The notes under the pieces were generated by a model. That model was not told the DNA's origin. It did no database searches and saw only the letters and a list, made by a program, of their open reading frames with translations. Shown here piece after piece: positions 59,701 through 64,000 of a stretch of 64,000 nt of DNA. The position numbers and the translations under genes were made by a program. Source of the stretch: Macrostomum hystrix (taxonomy: Eukaryota > Animalia > Platyhelminthes); the NCBI GenBank assembly GCA_950097015.1, contig CATNEN010000002.1, positions 3,968,001-4,032,000 on the forward strand, in the 5' to 3' direction. Positions within the stretch are counted from its first letter, which is position 1. Every line of letters starts with the position of its first letter.

Positions 59701-61910
59701 GATTTAGACATTTAGGTTGGCTAGATTTAGACATTTAGGTTGGCTAGATTTAGACATTTAGGTTGGCTAGATTTAGACATTTAGGTTGGCTAGATTTAGA
59801 CATTTAGGTTGGCTAGATTTAGACATTTAGGTTGGCTAGATTTAGACATTTAGGTTGGCTAGATTTAGACATTTAGGTTGGCTAGATTTAGACATTTAGG
59901 TTGGCTAGATTTAGACATTTAGGTTGGCTAGATTTAGACATTTAGGTTGGCTAGATTTAGACATTTAGGTTGGCTAGATTTAGACATTTAGGTTGGCTAG
60001 ATTTAGTCATTTAGGTTGGCTAGATTTAGACATTTAGGTTGGCTAGATTTAGACATTTAGGTTGGCTAGATTTAGACATTTAGGTTGGCTAGATTTAGAC
60101 ATTTAGGTTGGCTAGATTTAGTGGTTTAGTTTGGCTAGGTTTAGGGTTTTAGGGTGGCTAGATTTAGGGTTTTAGGGTGGCTAGGTTTATACTTTTAGGG
60201 TGGCTAGATTTATACTTTAGGGTGGCTAGATTTATACTTTAGGGTGGCTAGATTTATACTTTAGGGTGGCTAGATTTAGACTTTTAGGGTGGCTAGATTT
60301 ATACTTTAGGGTGGCTAGATTTATACTTTAGCGTGGCTAGATTTATACTTTAGGGTTGCTAGATTTATACTTTAGGGTTGCTAGATTTATACTTTAGCGT
60401 GGCTAGATTTATACTTTAGGGTGGCTAGATTTAGACTTTTAGGGTGGCTAGATTTATACTTTAGGGTGGCTAGATTTATACTTTTAGGGTGGCTAGATTT
60501 ATACTTTTAGGGTGGCTAGATTTATACTTTTAGGGTGGCTAGATTTATACTTTTAGGCTGGCTAGATGTGGAGGTACTGTGGTATATTTTCTCAAGAAAT
60601 AAAATTGTATAAAAGGATTTTCTGCATTCACGCTTTTACACCGCAAAGGCATGGCTGTCTGGGTGAATCTACTCAGGTAGCATTTCTATTTGAGTATAGG
60701 AAAATAAAGAGCTCATTGATATTTCATAGGCAGTTTTTTCTTCTCATCGGATTCTGCAAAAGGACGGCTCAAAAGTGTTTCTATTATTATTCGTTGCAGA
60801 AAAGTTTCTAGACTCGTATGATGAAGTTTTGTGAGCAGAAAAATAACCCCTTTTAAGGTGGTTTTTGCCACCAGACACCCCGGCGAGAATCATTGAATAT
60901 CTCGACGATGACGATGTTTTGTGATTCTGGAAGTTATTTCATCGGAAAATGTTAACCCGTATACTCAAACAGCAGTGAGCAGTGTGGTCCAGGCTTTCTG
61001 CCTGTCAGTTTAGGGAGATAAGCGAAGAGAGACTTTTTAAGGGACTTTTTTTTGTTTGCTCAACGTGAGTCGCCATTTTTGGTAAGAAAGAAATTTTTTA
61101 GGCGAGAGCAGGCGGTGGTCGGCATTGGCAGGGGGAGAGGGGATAAGTACATCACTGAGTTGGGGAAAGATTTCCCTGCCTCACTTAGAGAGCAGGTGCG
61201 GGCAGGTTATTGGGAGAGAATAATAGGAGCTAGAAATGGGAAAAATCATCATAGAATCTGCCGGTCGTATCATTCCCAACTCAATCTAGAAAAATGCCCA
61301 TTTCCCAGCAAGCCGCAGCGGACATATAGTCATCATGCTCCTGGTTCCCTGCCTCATTCAGCAGCTTCTGTACCAGTCTCAGCCACCTTCATCAACTTCA
61401 CCTTCTCCGCCTGACCCCATCTCCCAGGAGCAGAAGGCGGCAGCTGATGAAGTGGCACCGTCCGGCTCCGGCGCCACTGTTGCCGCAGTTCACGACGCTC
61501 GTTTGGAGCTGTCAAAATCCGCTTCGGCTCGGCTGGCCTCTCTAGACGAGGAGCTCGGCTGGCGACAGCGGCTGGAGTCACTTCGCAGCCAGCTGGAGTC
61601 CTGGCTGGTGGAGGCTAAGCATCTGGCCAGACGGTTGGATGCTGAGGGCATCGACCTGATGGAGCTGGACAATTTGCCAGGCAGATTGGACAGACTGTTC
61701 GGCGCGAACGCCATCGCCGAGGTCCGTCAGCAGCTGGACATTGTGGCGAGCCTGAGAGACCAGATGACCGGCAATCTGGGACCCGAAGGCATGGCCGAGA
61801 TGCTCAGGGAAACGGAAGATTTGAATAGGCGAGCTGATGAGGTGGTTAAGAATGGAGAACGACTGATTGGCGAGGTGCAAATTGTGACCCAACAGCAGGC
61901 CGAGTTCAGT
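681..61910 (+). CDS. Giant multi-exon spectrin-repeat protein (nesprin-1/MSP-300-like), internal part; 36 exons, about 6,300 aa in window
   Basis: Exons are in-frame-compatible and bounded by GT(GC)-AG. They encode repeated helical units with the W..F/Y...L..WL...E spectrin signature. No CH, SH3, EF-hand or KASH domain is seen in the window, so the family assignment is by repeat style only. Confidence 0.85.
1167..1328 (+). CDS. Exon 2
   Basis: TTTTAG|GCG ... GAG|GTACG; [10 protein letters not shown]...VLKDHE; phase 0/0. Confidence 0.75.
1425..1704 (-). mobile_element. SINE family A copy
   Basis: Reverse complement of the 53902-54250 body (GAGGGCCAACCTCCAA, CCTGACGATGAGAAAGTCAGGGCAGATGTACAC); head partly deleted. 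Confidence 0.8.
1825..2021 (+). CDS. Exon 3
   Basis: TGCAG|GCC ... AG|GTGAG; AYFFKSAF...WKLFED; phase 0/2. Confidence 0.8.
2105..3170 (+). CDS. Exon 4
   Basis: CTCAG|A ... ATG|GTGAG; open frame of ORF 2091-3188; phase 2/0. Confidence 0.85.
3324..5354 (+). CDS. Exon 5
   Basis: AACAG|TCC ... CAG|GTTGG; ORF 3297-5366; phase 0/0. Confidence 0.85.
5452..6435 (+). CDS. Exon 6
   Basis: TTCCAG|CTC ... GAG|GTGAG; phase 0/0. Confidence 0.85.
6469..6740. repeat. 19-bp minisatellite GAAATCTTGGGATTTCTAT
   Basis: Direct reading. Confidence 0.95.
7271..8239 (+). CDS. Exon 7
   Basis: TTCCAG|GAT ... CGA|GTGAG; phase 0/0. Confidence 0.85.
8460..9589 (+). CDS. Exon 8
   Basis: TTTCAG|TCT ... GG|GTGAG; phase 0/2. 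Confidence 0.85.
9728..11495 (+). CDS. Exon 9 (GC donor)
   Basis: CACAG|G ... AAG|GCAGG; phase 2/0; joins RNLAK|ELLSRAE in spectrin register. Confidence 0.75.
11615..11870. repeat. 25-bp minisatellite GAGTGACAATGTAGTGCCTTTGGTA
   Basis: Direct reading. Confidence 0.95.
12841..13356 (+). CDS. Exon 10
   Basis: CTGCAG|GAG ... CAG|GTAAG; phase 0/0. Confidence 0.85.
13420..13900. repeat. Degenerate about 25-bp minisatellite GGGATCTACTTTGTCTATTTTACCT
   Basis: Direct reading. Confidence 0.85.
14018..14494 (+). CDS. Exon 11
   Basis: ACCAG|GCC ... CAG|GTGAG; AIEPDFSS...EQLDQ translated by hand, no stops; phase 0/0. Confidence 0.85.
14775..15197 (+). CDS. Exon 12
   Basis: CGCAG|ATA ... GAC|GTGAG; ISSWLQDK...; phase 0/0. 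Confidence 0.85.
15967..16233 (+). CDS. Exon 13
   Basis: TTTCAG|GAT ... AAA|GTAAT; phase 0/0. Confidence 0.85.
16375..16892 (+). CDS. Exon 14
   Basis: TTCAAG|GCG ... AG|GTTTG; phase 0/2; joins QDR|WDACL across the 11-kb intron. Confidence 0.85.
17355..18050. repeat. 24/25-bp minisatellite CCCCAGCAGCAGAGAACCAATGTC
   Basis: Direct reading. Confidence 0.95.
18085..19625. repeat. 20/21-bp satellite GCTACCCCTCAATATTTCAT
   Basis: Direct reading; about 75 copies. Confidence 0.97.
19645..20340. repeat. 21-bp satellite GCTTCCTCCTTGATAGTTCAA
   Basis: Direct reading. Confidence 0.97.
21242..22816 (-). mobile_element. IS630/Tc1/mariner-superfamily DNA transposon, apparently full length
   Basis: About 140-bp TIRs (21242-21380 / 22672-22810) with few mismatches; TA on both sides (21240-21241, 22817-22818); empty site visible in the right arm at 27059-27060. 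Confidence 0.92.
21480..22538 (-). CDS. IS630/Tc1-type DDE transposase (352 aa from ATG 22538)
   Basis: N-terminal HTH with GGRPKK linker; catalytic motifs [27 protein letters not shown]; uninterrupted ORF. Confidence 0.92.
   Translation of the reverse strand: MNRGPYHPVSNEDRRRLALAVEEGRDWKQLADILGIKRKTAKTIVDTYVQTGRIEKFPSAGGRPKKLQEQQIESIIEFLEANPSATLQMMRNHLMQLGNEGQLPHVSTISRALDKQLVTLKLARQITFDWNDPVVKAARCEYAQWMMNEGHDRNQIFLDEFGLNLWTARTQGWAYRGQPAVRTVCGQRGQNLTLCLAISPQWGLVHYALMEGGFRAQNFADFLVELDVLVEAEWVAIFDGARAHLQVPGLSPQHSTYQLPPYSPYLNPTERAGSSLKASVKRALSVPAIQHELSNRQAAAAANLTLHAWRMHIFKREVEAALHVITQEKCQQWTNHTVGYYGRCLDYEDILN
23555..24570. repeat. 21-bp satellite GTTAACTGATAGTTTCCCTCC
   Basis: Direct reading; only about 4 copies at the mirror position 26272-26345. 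Confidence 0.97.
24746..24806 (+). promoter_or_regulatory. Pol II core promoter of the PAN/Apple gene
   Basis: ATTGG 24746-24750, CCAAT 24757-24761, TATAAAG 24800-24806, about 70 nt upstream of the ATG. Confidence 0.7.
24872..25330 (+). CDS. Intronless secreted PAN/Apple-domain-like protein (152 aa), nested in host intron
   Basis: Hydrophobic signal peptide (about aa 1-23); W.GNWA..C.F...C...C.....CTH.TW...C.L...CG Cys pattern typical of PAN/Apple modules; GC-rich against AT-rich flanks; own promoter and polyA signals. Confidence 0.8.
   Translation: MPLSPAAIIALLCIAALVPSCVGAFGALGAIKWEGNWAYDCYFPSSFFDVLNTTASECCMACKKTAICTHYTWKPADDEPSRFLCHLREGRFEKSDAALGDAVLINGFRPVCGVIRRISLQQIREILKCVWRGVQAYELCRNLEELLPQSCF
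25414..25419 (+). terminator. Polyadenylation signal of the PAN/Apple gene
   Basis: AATAAA about 85 nt after the stop (also ATTAAA at about 25350 and AATAAA at 25474). Confidence 0.5.
26270..27325 (-). repeat. Right arm of long inverted repeat
   Basis: Reverse complement of the left arm; degenerate 20-mer matrix continues inward to about 25860. Confidence 0.9.
27880..28236 (+). CDS. Exon 15
   Basis: CTTAG|A ... AG|GTGAA; [27 protein letters not shown]...; phase 2/2. Confidence 0.85.
28265..28470. repeat. 33-bp minisatellite GAGTGCTTGGAATAGAGTGACAGATTTGATCTA
   Basis: Direct reading. Confidence 0.95.
28532..28883 (+). CDS. Exon 16
   Basis: GACAG|G ... CAG|GTTGG; phase 2/0. Confidence 0.8.
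29036..29105 (+). pseudogene. Degenerate tRNA-like sequence or SINE head (Trp-like CTCCAG loop)
   Basis: A box TGGCAGAATGG, B box GAGTTCGAATCC; acceptor and anticodon stems do not pair. Confidence 0.45.
29296..29759 (+). CDS. Exon 17
   Basis: CGCAG|GTC ... AG|GTGAC; phase 0/2. Confidence 0.85.
29929..30187 (+). CDS. Exon 18
   Basis: CCCTAG|A ... CAG|GTAGG; phase 2/0. Confidence 0.85.
30266..31360 (+). CDS. Exon 19
   Basis: CGCAG|TCA ... CAG|GTGAG; phase 0/0. Confidence 0.85.
31513..31956 (+). CDS. Exon 20
   Basis: CTCAG|ATT ... CAG|GTGAG; phase 0/0. Confidence 0.85.
32040..32250. repeat. Degenerate CCCAAAATGATCCCATT tandem repeat
   Basis: Direct reading. Confidence 0.8.
32281..32490 (+). 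CDS. Exon 21
   Basis: CCCCAG|GCC ... CAG|GTGAG; phase 0/0. Confidence 0.85.
32693..32980 (+). CDS. Exon 22
   Basis: TTTCAG|TCG ... CAG|GTAGG; phase 0/0. Confidence 0.85.
33006..33186 (-). mobile_element. SINE family A copy, internally deleted
   Basis: Head and tail match the other copies; central part missing. Confidence 0.75.
33280..33382. repeat. (CCCCAAA/CCCTAAA)n low-complexity tract
   Basis: Direct reading. Confidence 0.85.
34745..34897 (+). CDS. Exon 23
   Basis: CACAG|GTG ... ACG|GTAAT; [17 protein letters not shown]...; phase 0/0. Confidence 0.85.
35754..36377 (-). mobile_element. Possible solo LTR
   Basis: Minus strand begins TGTAAG and ends ACAACA; TATA (36156-36163) precedes AATAAA (36040-36045) in LTR order; GC-rich island; no matching TSD at these termini. 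Confidence 0.45.
37132..37296 (+). CDS. Exon 24
   Basis: TTTAG|GAG ... AAG|GTCGG; phase 0/0. Confidence 0.8.
37494..37690 (+). mobile_element. tRNA-derived SINE family B with CORE-like segment
   Basis: B box GGTTCGATTCCCG; TGTGTCCCTTAGCAAGTCATTTAA resembles the CORE-SINE domain; 3' part recurs inverted at 47058-47125. Confidence 0.65.
37776..38096 (+). CDS. Exon 25
   Basis: CTCTAG|GAC ... AGG|GTGAG; phase 0/0. Confidence 0.85.
38880..39377 (+). CDS. Exon 26
   Basis: TTTCAG|TCG ... CGG|GTAAG; phase 0/0. Confidence 0.85.
40295..40744 (+). CDS. Exon 27 (spectrin segment plus Ser/Gly/Thr-rich linker)
   Basis: CACAG|GCT ... CAG|GTAAG; phase 0/0. Confidence 0.8.
40879..41289 (+). CDS. Exon 28
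   Basis: ACCAG|GCC ... CGG|GTGAG; phase 0/0. Confidence 0.8.
41375..41705. repeat. 30-bp minisatellite TTCTTCAGTTTCCTAGAATCCTCAAGT-type
   Basis: Direct reading. Confidence 0.95.
42780..43415. repeat. 13-bp minisatellite CACCCTGCCTTCA
   Basis: Direct reading. Confidence 0.95.
43950..44060 (+). CDS. Candidate 111-nt cassette exon
   Basis: TTTTGCAG|TTC ... ATG|GTAAG; stop-free in phase 0 (FSLLTTLC...DSQLSM); GC-rich island in an AT-rich intron. Confidence 0.55.
45216..46325 (+). CDS. Candidate alternative terminal exon (Pro/Ser/His/Gln-rich tail ending RKSAAV*)
   Basis: CTAAC branch-like motif near 45188, acceptor GACAG|CTG in phase 0, about 369-codon GC-rich open frame, TAA at 46323-46325, AATAAA at 46505-46510. 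Confidence 0.7.
   Translation: MMDQQTQTPCHQQTQTPKQSNTPSTSALDLTDGRLYGSGHGYPGHHHHHHHPALPSSLDLRNSGGGVGISKKLWPYTAQRDDDPLLSLQRTLTDLEAREEAAVQTPKHRRTQTSSIPTPPPPAPVTNGKPMRGVALLHIIDTVKDLQDELAARRSREDNHIPASLSPASAGAESIRRPAERPLGLSEDNRPVGSLRARSLPRQRPTASALAPTTSAAPASQASKPRTRSPSPPRRRSAAATPQPQQPPPPTMPQPLIGGIENRYGLSPEKFERFIPTRPHWRSEEPRLLLATNGHSEPPPPPPPPQPQAPTDTRRFVRDYQQMLMEPGNQKQPAPRQQEQQLSDSLGRAARTARDMREASNRLRKSAAV
46505..46510 (+). terminator. PolyA signal after the candidate terminal exon
   Basis: AATAAA 180 nt downstream of TAA 46325, followed by T-rich sequence. Confidence 0.5.
47058..47125 (-). mobile_element. SINE family B 3' fragment
   Basis: Reverse complement of about 37620-37685. Confidence 0.65.
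47850..48440. repeat. 27/29-bp minisatellite GAGAAGAGTGACAGACGGCAGAGGGGAGA
   Basis: Direct reading. Confidence 0.95.
48860..49130. repeat. 21-bp minisatellite GAGGAGAGTGTGTGAATGGAT
   Basis: Direct reading. Confidence 0.95.
49640..50100. repeat. 24-bp minisatellite CTACTGGTCTACCTGCCTTCTCAT
   Basis: Direct reading. Confidence 0.95.
50654..50866 (+). CDS. Candidate internal first exon (MGNQPTS..., polyQ, RRRRAVS)
   Basis: ATAATGG strong Kozak context, in-frame TAG just upstream, TATATA at 50563-50568, phase-0 donor CTT|GTGAG compatible with exon 29. Confidence 0.55.
50867..51905. repeat. 22-bp minisatellite GTAGATGGT(G/A)GACTGTGAGACA
   Basis: Direct reading. Confidence 0.97.
52065..52186 (+). 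CDS. Exon 29
   Basis: AAACAG|AGC ... AA|GTGAG; [13 protein letters not shown]...; phase 0/2. Confidence 0.8.
52220..53375. repeat. 25-bp minisatellite GGGATCTGATGCAGGGGTGGTGTCT
   Basis: Direct reading; highly homogeneous. Confidence 0.97.
53412..53622 (+). CDS. Exon 30
   Basis: TTTTCAG|T ... AAG|GTGAC; phase 2/0. Confidence 0.8.
53902..54250 (+). mobile_element. tRNA-derived SINE family A, near-complete copy
   Basis: A box GTGGCTGAGCGG, B box GTTCGATTCC; body homologous to three other copies in the window. Confidence 0.85.
54357..54874 (+). CDS. Exon 31
   Basis: CGCAG|ATT ... AG|GTACT; phase 0/2. Confidence 0.8.
54908..55210. repeat. Dispersed repeat, possible MITE; inverted homolog at about 60862-60965
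   Basis: ACTTCCAGAATCAC...CATCGTCGAGATATTCAA shared with the reverse complement of 60862-60965; GAATGACC/GGTCATTC short terminal IR; no TSD. Confidence 0.55.
55465..56035. repeat. Second array of the 22-bp GTAGATGGTAGACTGTGAGACA unit
   Basis: Direct reading. Confidence 0.97.
56202..56519 (+). CDS. Exon 32
   Basis: TGTCAG|G ... AA|GTGAG; phase 2/2. Confidence 0.8.
57075..57330 (+). CDS. Exon 33 (5' boundary uncertain)
   Basis: Open frame ...[32 protein letters not shown]; donor CGG|GTGAG. The best acceptor (57088) is phase 0, but phase 2 is needed. Confidence 0.65.
57371..57650 (-). mobile_element. SINE family A copy
   Basis: Reverse-complement match including A and B boxes. Confidence 0.85.
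57764..58081 (+). CDS. Exon 34
   Basis: CTAACAG|GAT ... CAG|GTTAG; phase 0/0. Confidence 0.85.
58140..59040. repeat. 29-bp minisatellite GTCTGGTAGACTGTACTGGTGGTTGGGGT
   Basis: Direct reading. Confidence 0.95.
59165..59500 (+). CDS. Exon 35
   Basis: CTCCAG|CTG ... AAG|GTGCG; phase 0/0. Confidence 0.8.
59526..60565. repeat. 23-bp minisatellite CATTTAGGTTGGCTAGATTTAGA grading into TAGGGTGGCTAGATTTATACTT
   Basis: Direct reading. Confidence 0.97.
61428..61910 (+). CDS. Exon 36
   Basis: CTCCCAG|GAG ... AGT|GTGAG; phase 0/0. Confidence 0.8.
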
Positions 61911-62149
61911 GTGAGTGTTTGCTCCAATTTATCATTTCTTAACTAGTAGAAAATATTCTGCCCTTATACTACTACTCTTTCAGAGTGAATAAGTAGTATA
62001 ATTAGTCATTTTTACTGGCTTTGTTAGCCCGAGCTTTGGGAAGCATAAATTATTATTTTACTCTGTTGATTGTAACGTTTCTTAAATTTTACGAATGTCA
62101 ATTAATAACTTCACTCATACAGGACGAATAATAATAAAAAATTATCCCT

Positions 62150-62620
62150 TAACAAATTATTTTCTTCCTAACTGGAAAATTATCCCCTACTGAATGATAT
62201 TTTCCCAAGCAGGCAATTATTATCCCCTACTGAATATTCTCCTATTCAGGCAAATTATCCCCTACTGAATATTCTCCCAAGCAGGCAAATTATCCCCTAC
62301 TGAATATTCTCCCATTCAGGCAAATTATCCCCTACTGAATATTCTCCCATTCAGGTAAATTATCCCCTACTGAATATTCTCCCATTCAGGTAAATAATCC
62401 TCTACTGAATATTCTCCCATTCAGATATATTTATCCCCAACTGAATATTCTCCCATTCAGGCAAATTATCCCCTACTGAAAGATATTTTCCCAAGCAGGC
62501 AAATTATCTCCTACTGAATATAATTTTCCCAAACTGGCATGCTATCCCCTAATAAATATTGTTCTCCTATACAGTTTTATTATCCCCAACAGAATAATAT
62601 TCTCCCAAACAGGAAAATTA
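62150..62620. repeat. Degenerate about 35-bp minisatellite CAGGCAAATTATCCCCTACTGAATATTCTCCCATT
   Basis: Direct reading. Confidence 0.85.
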
Positions 62621-63674
62621 TCCCATCAAATTTCATATTATTTACCTAAAAAAGTAAAATCATGCCACCTAGTTAAACTTTTACGCTAAGCTGTCTAATT
62701 ATCTTCTAAAATTGTTATCACCTCCTGCTGGCACACTCCCCACTGCTGCAAAATTATCCCACTAGCAGAAAAAAATCCCGTTTTTAAATCAGGTTGTTGC
62801 ACAGACTCAAAGACTTCAGTCGCCGTCTAAGTTTATAGTGATTCTTGCTGCTGAATTTCATATAAAAATAGGCAAGGCTAGACGGAAAATCCCTTGGGAT
62901 TACTAAGCTTATCAATTAATTGGGAAGGTTGACTTTCACTCGGAGAGGAAGAAGGAGCGAGAGGCTGGGTGGAAGTCACGTGACTCATCGGGGATAACTG
63001 CCCGCCAGACTTCGCCATGTTCTCTCCAGCGTGCACACTCACATGCGCGCTGCCTGGCTAGGGATTTAGGCGACTGGGATTTGGCCATTGCGGGGAGGAG
63101 GGGAAGGGACGGTTCTGTCCTCCGCCAGAAAATCCCGTTTGACCGAGGCTGTTCAGCTGGTTGGGACAAATGGGGAGGTTTGGGCAGTGTGAAGGGTAGT
63201 GGAGAACACACCCGCCCCCTCCGTCGCCTCTGCCGGCCTCAGAAAAAAATATTGGACAGACGAACGGCCCACCCACCCCACAGACACCCCGCCCCAATGG
63301 GCGGAGAGGCACAGCGAAAACTGCTTCTCTCCTATAAAAGAAGTAGACAAGTATGAGCTGAGAAGCAGCAGCAGCAGCTGAGTAGGTTGGTTAAGGCTAC
63401 GCTTGAGTATGTGACAGTTGTAACTGGCGTAAGAAGCTGAGGACACAGCCTAATTGAGAAGAGGAAAGCAAAAGATTTTTCGGCTTGCTGCCAGACCCAA
63501 TTGAACTTCAAGTCGTCAATTTGGGATAAGCGCAAATTTATTTTCATTATTTTAACATATTTTGTGATGCAGCCTAGACTCGTGAGCAGTCTCAGCAGCA
63601 GCAGCAGCAGCTGTGGCAGGCCCACAAACCAGGCCAAGATGGGGGGAGGGGATTAGTTATTCTATTTTATTATA

Positions 63675-63692
63675 ATGCGACGTAGTTGGGAT

Positions 63693-63725
<33 letters not shown>

Positions 63726-63758
63726 GCTACTTGCAAGCGTAGAAGAATCGTGTGTCAG
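63675..63758 (+). CDS. Candidate second internal first exon (MRRSWD-Q11-ATCKRRRIVCQ)
   Basis: ATAATG start, 28 codons, strong phase-0 donor CAG|GTAAA; upstream GC box, CCAAT and TATAAAA at about 63289-63339. Confidence 0.4.
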
Positions 63759-64000
63759 GTAAAACCTTGCCTTTTAAATGTTTCAAATAGAGAAATGTGA
63801 AATAGCCTTGGCTACAATTCATGAAAAGCTTAACGAAAATAGCGGTCTAATTATTTACCTAGACCTCGAGCCAGTCCGATACATGTGTCCATCCGGTTAT
63901 AACTTTGCTACCTAATTAACCGCATGCCGTTGCTATGGCAACCCACATGCAACTCACTGTCCTCAAAGAGTGAGGTCAGTCGGCTCCATTCCGATCCAAG

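Overview
Eukaryotic (metazoan) genomic DNA, not prokaryotic. GC-rich, Ala/Arg-rich exons separated by AT-rich, minisatellite-laden introns are suggestive of a flatworm such as Macrostomum (inference only). The whole window lies inside one giant + strand spectrin-repeat gene of the nesprin/MSP-300 type. I traced 36 exons by splice signal and reading-frame phase, about 18.9 kb of coding sequence or about 6,300 aa; neither the start nor the end of the gene is in the window. One junction (56519 to about 57075/57088) is unresolved and one intron uses a GC donor. The 11-kb intron 16893-27879 holds a composite element: long inverted-repeat arms built from a degenerate 20/21-bp satellite enclose an intronless gene for a secreted PAN/Apple-domain protein with its own CCAAT/TATA promoter. 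An intact IS630/Tc1-type transposon with unusual DD30E spacing is inserted into the left arm only. The 10.8-kb intron 41290-52064 holds a candidate alternative terminal exon (Pro-rich tail plus polyA signal) followed by a candidate internal first exon starting with an N-myristoylation-type motif (MGNQPTS). A second polyQ-containing candidate first exon lies at 63675-63758. Also present are two tRNA-derived SINE families, a possible solo LTR and about 20 intron-specific minisatellite arrays. All coordinates were counted by hand; no database searches were run.
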